The position numbers were made by a program, and so were the translations under genes. This document shows positions 1-9,784 of a stretch of 64,000 bases of DNA, piece after piece. Below the pieces are notes generated by a model. That model made no database searches and was not told the origin of the DNA. It saw only the letters and a list, made by a program, of their open reading frames with translations. The first letter of the stretch is position 1. Each line of letters starts with the position of its first letter. The DNA lies in the IMG/VR virus record IMGVR_UViG_3300026488_000010, one strand, 5' to 3'. The DNA is from a virus.

Positions 1-126
1 ATTGGTAACACCTTGTTCCTGTAGTTTAGCTTTGAACTTAATTTTTTGTTCTCCACCAAACGTCGACTCTTCTAGTAACTCTACTTGAGGAATGTAAGCA
101 CTTTCGTGAATGATATTAAAATTCAT
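1..126 (-). CDS. Prohead core protease (T4 gp21-like), N-terminal part; gene runs off the window edge
   Basis: Not in the ORF track. ATG at 126 after an AAGGA RBS; I translate MNFNIIHESAYIPQVELLEESTFGGEQKIKFKAKLQEQGVTN, resembling the F-x-A-x-L-Q-x-x-x-V-x-N(xNGRxY) start of gp21-like proteases. Catalytic residues are outside the window. Confidence 0.55.
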   Translation of the reverse strand, partial: MNFNIIHESAYIPQVELLEESTFGGEQKIKFKAKLQEQGVTN

Positions 127-220
127 TTGAGTCCTTTGTTTGTTAGATCTGCAGATTTAACAGAGTTCGTAGATGTGATTTCTACTTAATTATTTGTTAC
201 TGCCGTTATTTTTTACAGTA

Positions 221-445
221 CTATATTACGTTTGTTTCGTGTTCATCGGATACTTTGAACGCATCGTCAGATTTTTTATTTTTATTTTTAGATAAAATAA
301 TATAATCTTTGATTGTATTTATGACTGTATTTTTGACTGTATTTATGACTGTATTTATCTGATTTTTTAAACAATCGTACATATATAAATATGCGTATTT
401 ATAATTAATACTAAACATATCAACCTCCTTTAAAAATATAAGCAT
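221..445 (-). CDS. Hypothetical protein with a short internal repeat
   Basis: ORF track; V(I/K)NT repeat; start may be the downstream MFSINY. Confidence 0.45.
   Translation of the reverse strand: MLIFLKEVDMFSINYKYAYLYMYDCLKNQINTVINTVKNTVINTIKDYIILSKNKNKKSDDAFKVSDEHETNVI
311..358. repeat. 12-bp tandem repeat x4 (ga(c/t)tgtattt(a/t)t)
   Basis: Read directly; in frame within 221..445. Confidence 0.9.
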
Positions 446-620
446 CTAAGTGATAAAATATAAATGCACCAACAACTTGCACCATAACTAAATGTAAGTA
501 TTCGTTTTTAATTTTTGTGAAGGTTTTAATCAAGTACAGGGGTACCATCATAACAAACGCTGACAATAACCATCGACCAACATACAAGGCGAAGTGCCAA
601 GATAAGTAATCATATTCCAT
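420..620 (-). CDS. Small membrane protein with two predicted TM helices (holin-like size)
   Basis: Two hydrophobic stretches in 66 aa; AAGG RBS. Confidence 0.55.
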   Translation of the reverse strand: MEYDYLSWHFALYVGRWLLSAFVMMVPLYLIKTFTKIKNEYLHLVMVQVVGAFIFYHLDAYIFKGG

Positions 621-639
621 TTATAACCTTTTATTGTTT

Positions 640-957
640 TTAGTTTCCAAAGTTTAAATATGCACCTGAATATTTAACAGAATAATCAGTATTGACTTTC
701 ATAAATTCTTCTTGTGTTATAACTTTGAGTTCATTGTATTTAACTTCTGATGTTGCATTATGTTTGAGTTTAATCAAATATGTTCCAACTTCAGAAAATG
801 TCTTTTCTATAGTATATAGAGAATCTCCTAAAAATATCTTAGGCTCTGTAATTTCTATAAATTCTGATGTCCCAGCAATCATATAATATAAAGTAAAGTC
901 AGGAGAATCTGATATGACTTTAAGATTTTGTGGGACGTTTTTTAACCAGAAACTCAT
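640..957 (-). CDS. Putative virion protein, small Ig-like domain (paralogue family)
   Basis: LYTIEKTFSEVGTYLIKL resembles the G-x-Y...G-x-Y-x-I pattern of neighbours. Confidence 0.5.
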   Translation of the reverse strand: MSFWLKNVPQNLKVISDSPDFTLYYMIAGTSEFIEITEPKIFLGDSLYTIEKTFSEVGTYLIKLKHNATSEVKYNELKVITQEEFMKVNTDYSVKYSGAYLNFGN

Positions 958-969
958 ATCTCTCTCCTA

Positions 970-1503
970 TTAAATAAATGACTTTTGTTTAGACTTATCT
1001 ATAATATCTTGGGTTGAATAATCAACAACTTCAATTGCGATTGGTGTATTCTGCATATTGATTGCTTTATTAGAAATCATAGCAGTATATAAACCAGTTG
1101 GTAAGTTCATTAGAACTTTATATATTCCAGTGTTTCCAACTTGTGTTACAGTATTACCTGATGTATGACCAGCAGACTCTTCTTTTGTTGTTAAAACATT
1201 TCCAACAATTGATTCAACATAATAATATGCAGAATCAATATTAATTACATCACCATCTTGAAATTGCGTCCCATCAGATACAGGAACAAACTTCGAACCC
1301 TGTGGGATATCGCCAGATAGTGTTGAAGTATTCCCATCAACAGTTAGCATAATCTCTGAGAATGTGTTAGAAATTATAGACGATGTACCATCAGCTTCAT
1401 TTATAACCATTCCTTTGAATTGAGCAGTTGGAATATTGTACATGTTACTTGTTGAACCAATTTTTAAATAAAAATCAGTATTTGCTTTTTTAGTTACTTG
1501 CAT
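970..1503 (-). CDS. Putative virion protein, Ig-like domain with inserted beta domain
   Basis: TGIYKVLMNLPTGLYTAMI; insert LSGDI..G...VPVSDG.QFQDGDVINI. Confidence 0.55.
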   Translation of the reverse strand: MQVTKKANTDFYLKIGSTSNMYNIPTAQFKGMVINEADGTSSIISNTFSEIMLTVDGNTSTLSGDIPQGSKFVPVSDGTQFQDGDVINIDSAYYYVESIVGNVLTTKEESAGHTSGNTVTQVGNTGIYKVLMNLPTGLYTAMISNKAINMQNTPIAIEVVDYSTQDIIDKSKQKSFI

Positions 1504-1512
1504 TTAATACTC

Positions 1513-2034
1513 CTATACTAGTACTTGAAAGTTCGTAGCCTGTGCTTTCGGACTCACAACTTTAATAGCATCTGTTCTCTGAAGACCAAATGCCGAATCT
1601 TTTGCCTTGATCATAAAAGTACCTTCATCAGGCATAGTTAAATTATAAAAATATAATCCTAGCGCTCCTGAACGATCAACAGTTGTATTTAAATCAACTG
1701 CTGTTTTTAAACCTTTATGAATACCTATTTCGTTGCCTGTACTATCAACAGATACAACTCTATATGTATCTCCTGTTGATAATAATATACGATCATTCAC
1801 ATTATAACCTGTAGTATCCAACACTTTAATACTTTGCATACCTAAATCTCTTGCTTCATCGATCGTTGTTTGTAGCGCAGTTATAGGCTCTGAACTTTCT
1901 TGCATCTGGAGATTCTGATAAACATAATCGCCAGTGTCCTGATTAAAAACATCTAATTTAAAATCAGCACCATAATAATTTAACGCAGATAAAGTTACTT
2001 TATCTTCTACATTTTTAATGAGTAAACCCTTCAT
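1513..2034 (-). CDS. Putative virion protein, paralogue of 970..1503
   Basis: LGLYFYNLTMPDEGTFMI; insert VLDTTGYNVNDRILL. Confidence 0.55.
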   Translation of the reverse strand: MKGLLIKNVEDKVTLSALNYYGADFKLDVFNQDTGDYVYQNLQMQESSEPITALQTTIDEARDLGMQSIKVLDTTGYNVNDRILLSTGDTYRVVSVDSTGNEIGIHKGLKTAVDLNTTVDRSGALGLYFYNLTMPDEGTFMIKAKDSAFGLQRTDAIKVVSPKAQATNFQVLV

Positions 2035-3428
2035 TATAGCTCCTTATTTACATCAGGGAAAATAAAATATATTTCCTCTAATTTAGCTTGTTCATAACTT
2101 TCATCAGAACACTCTGTTAATTCAATATCGAATTCAATTTCGTCGTTTGCGATACCATTCGGCTGATATACTAAATCATTAGCATTATCTCGAACTTCTA
2201 ATACCGTCTTATAATGACCATTTTGTGCAAATTCAATTTCTAAAGCATCTGTTAATGATATACCGTTATGATTATCTTCTTGAACTAAAGTCCATCCTGC
2301 TCCAAAAGGCATAAGCAAATATGTTTTATAATTTGCATCTGTGATTGAACCATCAACATCGGTTGTTAAATGATTAAATCTTTGAATTCTAGGAGTCAGC
2401 TGAGTTTTTGATAATTCAGTTATAGGTAATGTATTGGTTACTTCATGTGATTCTTTAATTGTAAATGATAAATCATTCCATCCATCATTCCAATGAACTA
2501 ACATTTCACCTTCAATTTTATTAAGAGCTGTGATGTTATGAGTAATTGTTACATCAGATGCATTAGCAGTGCTTGAATGATCTGTCGAATCAATTGTGCC
2601 ATTCTTCAATTTAAAATTGAGTTTAGTATCGATACCAGTTACTCTTGAATCTTCATCGTATCCTCCATAAGCATGGAAAAATACATCAATATCATCACCG
2701 TGATAAAATTTACTTAATATTCCGTCTGGACTAAATACTATATCAGGTAATGGTACATGATAATGAGATTTAACTGATTTATCACATATGTTAAATAAAC
2801 TGTAAGCGTTAGTTGCTTTATGTCTAGCAGTAAAATCAGCTATTGATGCATATGTGTGAATATTTGATGATTCAAATGTTCCTGAACTTTCAAAATCATA
2901 TTCATCAGTTATTAATCCTACTTGATCGAAGATTAACGTTGAGTAATATAATCGTCTATGATAAAAAGTGTTTTCATTATATATCCAAGAATCTTCATCA
3001 TCAGATAAAGGTGTGGCAGTATATGATTCATTAATCACTGGGTCAAGTTCGAATGACCAATCACAAGTTGGTACCATTTTAGGCATCAATTGTGGATCAA
3101 TAACATATATATTTGAAGTACCATCATGTACAATACTAAATGTTGTAAACCGCGTTTTTAAACCAGATGTGTTATCTGATGTGGAACCACCATCCAATTC
3201 ATCTTGCCATAGACAAATAATAACAACATCATTTGCTTTTAATTCACCAGTTTGTGATAAAGAATCTGCATCACCAGCGCTGAAGTTAAATTGTTGTTGA
3301 TCCGAGGTTCTGGTATTATTCCATACACCTTGTCGAACATAATATGCCTTATAATTACAATCGATAGGATTTTCATTTTCATCAACTATGGAATTTGCAT
3401 TACATGTGAATGTTACATTTAAAGCCAT
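2034..3428 (-). CDS. Putative virion structural protein, beta-rich with PKD/Ig-like repeats
   Basis: 464 aa; DVDGSIT and FAQNGHYKTVLEVRDN resemble PKD repeats. Confidence 0.5.
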   Translation of the reverse strand: MALNVTFTCNANSIVDENENPIDCNYKAYYVRQGVWNNTRTSDQQQFNFSAGDADSLSQTGELKANDVVIICLWQDELDGGSTSDNTSGLKTRFTTFSIVHDGTSNIYVIDPQLMPKMVPTCDWSFELDPVINESYTATPLSDDEDSWIYNENTFYHRRLYYSTLIFDQVGLITDEYDFESSGTFESSNIHTYASIADFTARHKATNAYSLFNICDKSVKSHYHVPLPDIVFSPDGILSKFYHGDDIDVFFHAYGGYDEDSRVTGIDTKLNFKLKNGTIDSTDHSSTANASDVTITHNITALNKIEGEMLVHWNDGWNDLSFTIKESHEVTNTLPITELSKTQLTPRIQRFNHLTTDVDGSITDANYKTYLLMPFGAGWTLVQEDNHNGISLTDALEIEFAQNGHYKTVLEVRDNANDLVYQPNGIANDEIEFDIELTECSDESYEQAKLEEIYFIFPDVNKEL

Positions 3429-3437
3429 CTAATCCTC

Positions 3438-4235
3438 CTATACAATTGACCAGTCATAGACTAGTTCTGAACCACTATAATTTTTTGTTTTAATCCAAAA
3501 ACCTATAATTTCATCATTATCTGTTGAGTCCACCATTTTAAGTGGAAAATTATGTTTCGTTAAAGGTGATGTTACACCTGGAATATATGATAAGAATTCC
3601 GATGATTGTGTATCAGTTGCTGGATAAGCATTGAACACTTCAAATATATCTGAACCAACTACTGAGTATTTATTTTCAATATATTGTACAAAATCTTCAT
3701 GTATCTTACCATCAACTGGAACAGCACATAACATCCATTTATCTTTTTGAAGTAAAATACTTCCAGATAAAGATCCAGCAACAGTTCCTAGATAAGGTAC
3801 TTGCATTAGATGACTTTCACCATCTATCATATAAATACTTAAACCTAAATCTGACGGTACATGATAATAAAAACCGTTTCCAAGTTCAGTTAAAGTTCCA
3901 GTTTCAACGATTGTACCATCATCTTTCATTCTTTCAATAGAGATAGTTTTTCCAGTTTTGCCATGATAGTGAATGAATTTTACTTCTGGTTGGCCAACAT
4001 TGAAGATTACCGGATATTCATTGAATTTACCCATAATGATACAATCTTCATCAGGTGTATCAATTAATGTTTTTTTGTGACCATTTCCAATATTTGAAAT
4101 CGTTGGAGATGCTGGACTAATATCAGTAAATGATAAATCATTGCCGAATTTATAAAGACTTAATCCTTCAGCTTCCGAAGATGTTGAAAATATAGGATAT
4201 TGTGAGTTACGATTTTTGAGCGCAGATGTTCTCAT
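3438..4235 (-). CDS. Putative virion structural protein
   Basis: 265 aa, AGGAG RBS; contains LTELGNGFYYH, like its neighbours. Confidence 0.55.
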   Translation of the reverse strand: MRTSALKNRNSQYPIFSTSSEAEGLSLYKFGNDLSFTDISPASPTISNIGNGHKKTLIDTPDEDCIIMGKFNEYPVIFNVGQPEVKFIHYHGKTGKTISIERMKDDGTIVETGTLTELGNGFYYHVPSDLGLSIYMIDGESHLMQVPYLGTVAGSLSGSILLQKDKWMLCAVPVDGKIHEDFVQYIENKYSVVGSDIFEVFNAYPATDTQSSEFLSYIPGVTSPLTKHNFPLKMVDSTDNDEIIGFWIKTKNYSGSELVYDWSIV

Positions 4236-4278
4236 ATAATCTCCTTTAATATTTGTTTCTTGTAAATGAAATTTATTA

Positions 4279-4323
4279 CATGAATTTTTGCATGAATTTT
4301 TGCATGAATTTTTGTATGAATTT
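4279..4323. repeat. 12-bp tandem repeat (catgaatttttg) x3.7, intergenic
   Basis: Read directly. Confidence 0.9.
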
Positions 4324-4335
4324 CACGACAAGAAA

Positions 4336-4365
4336 ATTCTATTGGAATAAAAATTCCAATAGAAT
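4336..4365 (-). terminator. Terminator-like hairpin after 4386..5390
   Basis: Perfect 13-bp stem attctattggaat/attccaatagaat, 4-nt loop, followed on minus by TTTCTTGTC. Confidence 0.8.
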
Positions 4366-4385
4366 ATAGTACTAAAAGTATTAGC

Positions 4386-5390
4386 TTACGCGAATACTTT
4401 AAATGAAGTAGCAGAACTACCAGCGTCAACTTTACCTTCAATAGTTAAAAGTTTAGCATCAACAGAATCAAAACGAGAAACAAGTTCAGTTTTAATTGCA
4501 ACAAGACCATTTGCAGCATCATTAAGAACATTAAGAATGTTTGTTTCACCATCAGTAACAGCTGTATTAACACCATCGATTAATGCTTTAAGTGCTGCAA
4601 GACCGAAGCCGGCATCTTCTAAAGTTGCCTTATTTGCATCAACAACAATTTGAAGAGCATCTGTTTTTCCAGTAATTACACCTTCAGATGTAGTGATTGC
4701 ATCAGTTACTGCTGTTTGCGCTGAACTAATATTACCTTGAAGAGTAACAAGAGCCGCAGCTAAGCTAGATTCTTTAGCAACACCTGGGTTAGTTGCATCA
4801 TAGAATGGATTAGCAGTTGTACCATCAGCTAAGAATTCTGTACCAAGAAGCATGTTCTCAATATCATCAGTATACCCTTCTAGTGCAGAAAGGCCTGAAC
4901 CAGAGTTAAGCGCATCATTAATTTGTGTAACAAAATCAAGTACTGTTGTAGCAGTACCAGAAGTATCACCATCATCAATTAGTGCAGAAATCGCTGCAAT
5001 ATCATTTTTAAGTGTTACAAGAGTATCACCATTAAGACCATCAACATCAGCAGCAACTGTTGCTAAAGTAGTAGTAAGATCATCAACAACAAGTTTAACA
5101 TCATCAATTGTAGCATCAACTACAACAACTGGGGCTTCGTGATTTCCCATACCAATTGTTGCATTATTGATTACGATAGTGTAATCACCTTTTGCCGCAA
5201 TAGTCGTTTCAACCATATAAAGACCTGCAGTATTTGCATCTTCTGTAAACGCGTTAGCGATGTCTGTTTTAGCACCTGTAGCATCATTAATATAGTAAGC
5301 GCTGAAGTTAGCAGCTTGACCTGTTAAATCTGCGTTTGTTCCGAGTTTTGTTTTGAAAGCAACTCCTGCTTTTTTTACTGAATAGCTCAT
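4386..5390 (-). CDS. Virion fibre-like protein: N-terminal Ig-like domain plus coiled coil
   Basis: AGLYMVETTIAAKGDYTIVI then Ala/Thr/Asp-rich heptads; strongly biased codon usage. Confidence 0.65.
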   Translation of the reverse strand: MSYSVKKAGVAFKTKLGTNADLTGQAANFSAYYINDATGAKTDIANAFTEDANTAGLYMVETTIAAKGDYTIVINNATIGMGNHEAPVVVVDATIDDVKLVVDDLTTTLATVAADVDGLNGDTLVTLKNDIAAISALIDDGDTSGTATTVLDFVTQINDALNSGSGLSALEGYTDDIENMLLGTEFLADGTTANPFYDATNPGVAKESSLAAALVTLQGNISSAQTAVTDAITTSEGVITGKTDALQIVVDANKATLEDAGFGLAALKALIDGVNTAVTDGETNILNVLNDAANGLVAIKTELVSRFDSVDAKLLTIEGKVDAGSSATSFKVFA

Positions 5391-5463
5391 ATAATTTCCT
5401 TTAATTTTATTTCCATAATAGTATTTTTGATATTAATTTGTTCGCTGCTTTTTACATTATATT

Positions 5464-6708
5464 CTAGATTGTAATTGTAAAACCAGTTTCTTGAATAAGT
5501 GTTTGGTTCTCATTAACTTCATCAACAACATTTGCGATTACTTGTCGTATACCAGAATCAATATTTGTCAATTTAGCAGATATTGCATCTTGTGCCTCAG
5601 TAATTCTTGCTAAGATTGCAGCGTCATCACAATTTCCCTCTGAGCTAACATCGTTAGAAATAAATAAAGGTATATCAATTAATGCTTTATCCATTTGAAA
5701 ACTTCTTGTCATACTAAGATTATCTTTTGTTATAGTCATGGTATATGGTGCAAGTGTTTCGTTGATGCCATTGCGTAAACTTTTATAATATGTTACTTTT
5801 TGGTCAATGCTTCCATATTGATTAGTTGTTTCATCAAATGCAATATCTCCATTTTTATCCCTAGCGATAATTCTTACACCTGCTAATCTAGAACCGTCAG
5901 ATGCACGACATATAGGGTTAAAAGTATATTGAATAAAAACATCAACGTTGTTTGATTCACGTTCAAATTCATAATTTCCCCTAATTTCAGAGTCTATAAA
6001 CTTTAAAGTATCTCCACCCGCATTTGATTCAATATATGCTAATTTATTATAACCATCGTATATTCCACCAATAATCGTTAGATTATTTGCAAACTCAGGG
6101 TTATGATAAACTGAACATTTAAATGATCCATCAACCTTCGAATCAAATACACTAAGATTTTGCATAGTTCTTAATTCGCCTTTTGGGCTAAGGATTCCAT
6201 ACTTACCATGACTCTGTTTAAATATTATATTTTTTAAAATAGAGTTCGTTCCAGCAATCCTTCCAAAACCATTGACGAAACAATCAATAACTTCAACATG
6301 ATTGGTTCCTTCAAAGAATCCCCAAAAACCGAAAACATCAATTGTTGAATTATATAAAAATAAATCGCCTGATGAGTTAATAGAGGTATGTCCGAAGCCA
6401 TACGCAATTTTTATGTTTGGTGCTTTAAGTGTACATGATCCATAAGTACTGCCATTTGAACGTTTGATACCTAATTTTAGATACGCACCTTTATATACTT
6501 GTATAAGATCACCTAAAATTGTTACATGTACTTCTGAATCTTCCACCGCACCTGATTCAATTATCAGATCATTTTTTAATTCATATGATGTACCTAAATT
6601 TTTTACATATGATGTTTTATTATTATCAACAGCATATTGATATATATCTGCAAATGTATATACATTATCAGTAATTTTTACTCTTGAACTTGTTATACTA
6701 ATTGCCAT
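5464..6708 (-). CDS. Putative virion protein, beta-helix-like body and C-terminal coiled coil
   Basis: 414 aa; repeated beta-strand pattern, Ig-like segment, short coiled coil. Confidence 0.5.
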   Translation of the reverse strand: MAISITSSRVKITDNVYTFADIYQYAVDNNKTSYVKNLGTSYELKNDLIIESGAVEDSEVHVTILGDLIQVYKGAYLKLGIKRSNGSTYGSCTLKAPNIKIAYGFGHTSINSSGDLFLYNSTIDVFGFWGFFEGTNHVEVIDCFVNGFGRIAGTNSILKNIIFKQSHGKYGILSPKGELRTMQNLSVFDSKVDGSFKCSVYHNPEFANNLTIIGGIYDGYNKLAYIESNAGGDTLKFIDSEIRGNYEFERESNNVDVFIQYTFNPICRASDGSRLAGVRIIARDKNGDIAFDETTNQYGSIDQKVTYYKSLRNGINETLAPYTMTITKDNLSMTRSFQMDKALIDIPLFISNDVSSEGNCDDAAILARITEAQDAISAKLTNIDSGIRQVIANVVDEVNENQTLIQETGFTITI

Positions 6709-6717
6709 ATATTCTCC

Positions 6718-7047
6718 TTATTTATTTAAAATTAGGTAATTGAGTTTATCATCTCGATGTATATCCATATATAATTGGATGATATTTACCAATTTATGAA
6801 TTTCTTGTGCATCTGTATATTTAATAAACAGTACCTTTTCATTAAACATTTGTTCTACGGATACATTATTATCATCTGTATCAAAACCAGCGAAGCAGTT
6901 AAAATTCTCAATATTATTTTCACTAATGATATTGAATAATTTATAATCTATAAATACAAAAACGTTCCCTGATATATCAAATAGTTGTTTATTTATTAGA
7001 CCATTCTGTAAAATATCTATTTTATTATTGTTACGAATTACATACAT
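6718..7047 (-). CDS. Hypothetical protein
   Basis: ORF track, AAGGA RBS. Confidence 0.6.
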   Translation of the reverse strand: MYVIRNNNKIDILQNGLINKQLFDISGNVFVFIDYKLFNIISENNIENFNCFAGFDTDDNNVSVEQMFNEKVLFIKYTDAQEIHKLVNIIQLYMDIHRDDKLNYLILNK

Positions 7048-7067
7048 AACTATCCTTTAAATTATGA

Positions 7068-7087
7068 GTAGACTCCGAAGAGTCTAC
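7068..7087 (-). terminator. Hairpin with UUCG tetraloop after 7109..8524
   Basis: gtagactc-cgaa-gagtctac (minus-strand loop TTCG). Confidence 0.8.
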
Positions 7088-7108
7088 CTTAATCTAAAAT
7101 CTTAACGA

Positions 7109-8524
7109 TTAAAGACCTCCACCTGCTGGTGCACCATCACATGTACTATCAGCTAAACCTAGAGCTTGTCTAAATTTATTACCAACTGCACAAATATCCA
7201 TTGAAGCCGCTTTTAAATCACGAGCATCTGAATATGCTTTAAGATCAGTATCAAGTTGAGCAATAGCTGCAACTGAAGACGCATCTAATGATACAATAGC
7301 ATCAGCATTATCTTGAACTTTAGATTTAAGACCTTTAACTAGGTCACCATTTCCATCAACACCATCATTGATGTCGCCTTCAACTACGTCTAAACGAGTT
7401 TCAACATCACCAAGTGATCCAGAACCACTTCCACCAAGAGCATCAATTTGATCTTGTAAAGACGTATCAGCTGCTGTACGAGCTGCTGTTTCTGCAATTA
7501 CTTTATTATCAACTACTACTGTTGCTGCAGTGTTTGCTTGCTCAGCGGCTGTTGCACGAGTAATCTCAGATGCTAGATCTGCAGCAATTGCTGAAGTTGC
7601 TGCTTCTGTTGCATCAATACGAGCACCAAGTGCTTGATCTGCTGCTTTAGATTTGCGAGCAACTTTACGAATTGCTTTACGAAATGTATTTGCATCACCT
7701 GCAACATCTTGAATATACTCTTCTAAAGTATCTGCACCATCTACTGGAGTAAATGAACCATCAGTGTTAAGACCAATAGCTGCTTGAGTTGCATCTAGTT
7801 CAGCTTGAGCAGCTGTAATAGCTGCTTCTGTAGCAACACCTGCAGTACCAAGAGCATCAATTTGTGTTTGAAGAGCTGCATCACCTGCTGCACTTACTAC
7901 ACCAGATGCATCAATTGCTTCTTGTTTAGCTGTAGCAATAGCTGCTGTTGCTGCACTAGCATTAGCTGCTTCTGCTGCTTGAGCTCTTGAAGTTTCTGTA
8001 GCAACTGCCGTTGAGATAGCTGCTGGAACTGCTGCGATATCAGTTTCGTTTTGAGTTACACGAGCATCTAATGCTGTGTCTGCTGCTTCTGAGGCTGACT
8101 TATTAGCCGCAACTGTTGTAGCTAAGTTTGATTGACCAGATTGAAGACTAGCAATATTTGTGTCTTGAGTTGCTTGAACTGCATCATTTGCAGTTTTATA
8201 ATCAGTAAGTTCAGTTTGAACTGCACCAATTGCTGTTGTATTAGCAGCAATACGATTAAGAACATCTGTTGCAAGATCACCATTTTCTGTAAAGATTGCA
8301 TTTAAAGCAATAACTTTTTCAGCTAATGTTTCTACGCCATCTGCACCATCAATAATATCAAGAGCGTCTAAACGAGCAGTGATTGCCGCTTTATCTGCAC
8401 CATAAGTTGTTAGGTCAAGAAAACCACCTTCTACATATTCCTTAACTGAAAGACCTAAACCTTCTGCTAAATCCTGTAATGCTGTTTCTAATTCCTGAGT
8501 TGTAACGTTTGAAGCCATTTTCAA
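7109..8524 (-). CDS. Long coiled-coil fibre or whisker-like virion protein
   Basis: Ala-rich heptads (AEITRATAAE, AETAARTAADTSL); RBS favours a start at ATG 8518. Confidence 0.65.
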   Translation of the reverse strand: MKMASNVTTQELETALQDLAEGLGLSVKEYVEGGFLDLTTYGADKAAITARLDALDIIDGADGVETLAEKVIALNAIFTENGDLATDVLNRIAANTTAIGAVQTELTDYKTANDAVQATQDTNIASLQSGQSNLATTVAANKSASEAADTALDARVTQNETDIAAVPAAISTAVATETSRAQAAEAANASAATAAIATAKQEAIDASGVVSAAGDAALQTQIDALGTAGVATEAAITAAQAELDATQAAIGLNTDGSFTPVDGADTLEEYIQDVAGDANTFRKAIRKVARKSKAADQALGARIDATEAATSAIAADLASEITRATAAEQANTAATVVVDNKVIAETAARTAADTSLQDQIDALGGSGSGSLGDVETRLDVVEGDINDGVDGNGDLVKGLKSKVQDNADAIVSLDASSVAAIAQLDTDLKAYSDARDLKAASMDICAVGNKFRQALGLADSTCDGAPAGGGL

Positions 8525-8550
8525 ATCCTTTATATATTATATATTATTCA

Positions 8551-8570
8551 GTTCAAATTCTCATTTGAAC
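8551..8570 (-). terminator. Small intergenic hairpin
   Basis: gttcaaat-tctc-atttgaac. Confidence 0.45.
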
Positions 8571-8601
8571 CCGCCTGCTGTTTTTGAAGTATAGTAATGA
8601 A

Positions 8602-9000
8602 CTAGTCATTTTCATTACTATATTTTGGTTTTGAGATTGTATAATACTCATACACTCCATGATTATTGCGTCTGTAATATTTCCATGTACTACCATGTTT
8701 ACATACAGTTTTGAATAGATCATGTTCGGTAAAAGATTTTAAACCTGATTTCTCAGGTTTAATTATTATCTTCTCTACGATAATTTGTTTAGGGGATTGT
8801 TTAATACTTTGCAAAGATTTTGTAGAAAAAATTCCATATATTAATGTAAGGATTAAAAGAACTATTAGTCCAAATGTACCTATAATTAATTTAATAGTTG
8901 AATATAATTCTGAATTAGTATGTTTTATTTTTTCATTTGTAGCTGAACCTATAATCTGCATTAACTCTTTCATATTTTTTTCGTCTATTTTTTCGTTCAT
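8602..9000 (-). CDS. Single-TM membrane protein
   Basis: IKLIIGTFGLIVLLILTLIYGIF hydrophobic helix. Confidence 0.6.
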   Translation of the reverse strand: MNEKIDEKNMKELMQIIGSATNEKIKHTNSELYSTIKLIIGTFGLIVLLILTLIYGIFSTKSLQSIKQSPKQIIVEKIIIKPEKSGLKSFTEHDLFKTVCKHGSTWKYYRRNNHGVYEYYTISKPKYSNEND

Positions 9001-9004
9001 TGTA

Positions 9005-9784
9005 TTATCCTATCTTTTTATTATACTCTTTTAAGAATTTTAATAATTCATGATCTTTAAAATTATCCCATGCTCGTATATCTTTATCCAAACACGCGCT
9101 AAAGTTTGAAGCATCTTTATCATTTGATTGACCATAACCTCTATATCCATCTAATCCTGATATAGAGTTTTCAGATGCTGGTATATTAGAAAGCATATTT
9201 GCAAGCTTTCTAGAATTACCTGTTTGATCTTGAATAAATTCCCAAAACATTAAATTATATGCTTGTTTGACATTTCGTAAATATTTAAAATCAATAGCTT
9301 CTTGTGCTGTACACATTTCATACTTAACTTTGTTATTAAATTCAAAATAGTGACCATACATTTTTCTAACAAAAGATGTATGTATAGCATCTCCACCAAG
9401 CACTATATACTTTGAATTTTTAAAATCTTCTGATGCTGTTGTAGCATTTAAAAATTCGGGTGAGATAACAATTTTTAATTTAGGGTATTTAGTATTCAGT
9501 ACTTCGAGGATCGTACTATTGATTACGATAACGCCTTCATATTTTTTATAAGAAAGAGTGTCCAATATTTTGATTAAAATTGATAGATCTTGACCATCAT
9601 CTGTTGTTGGTGTAGGTACAGCTACAAATATAATATCAGCTTTCATAGCATCATTTGATGTTGCACTATTAAATGTTTTAAGTTTAGGTGATTCATCAAA
9701 ACATAGAACTGAATTTAATAAACCATCTGATACACTATTATATATTGCTGAACCTACAACACCCATTCCTATAATTGCAATCAT
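9005..9784 (-). CDS. UDP-glucose/GDP-mannose dehydrogenase family protein, short form
   Basis: IIGMGVVG Rossmann motif, FVAVPTP, INSTI, SPEFL, catalytic-type ACLDKD; 259 aa, lacks the C-terminal UDP-binding domain. Confidence 0.85.
   Translation of the reverse strand: MIAIIGMGVVGSAIYNSVSDGLLNSVLCFDESPKLKTFNSATSNDAMKADIIFVAVPTPTTDDGQDLSILIKILDTLSYKKYEGVIVINSTILEVLNTKYPKLKIVISPEFLNATTASEDFKNSKYIVLGGDAIHTSFVRKMYGHYFEFNNKVKYEMCTAQEAIDFKYLRNVKQAYNLMFWEFIQDQTGNSRKLANMLSNIPASENSISGLDGYRGYGQSNDKDASNFSACLDKDIRAWDNFKDHELLKFLKEYNKKIG

Noticed and set aside
4232-4441. 69-aa minus-strand ORF with IHAK repeats
   Set aside because: Overlaps the end of 4386..5390 and runs through a terminator hairpin and a 12-bp repeat; probably non-coding.
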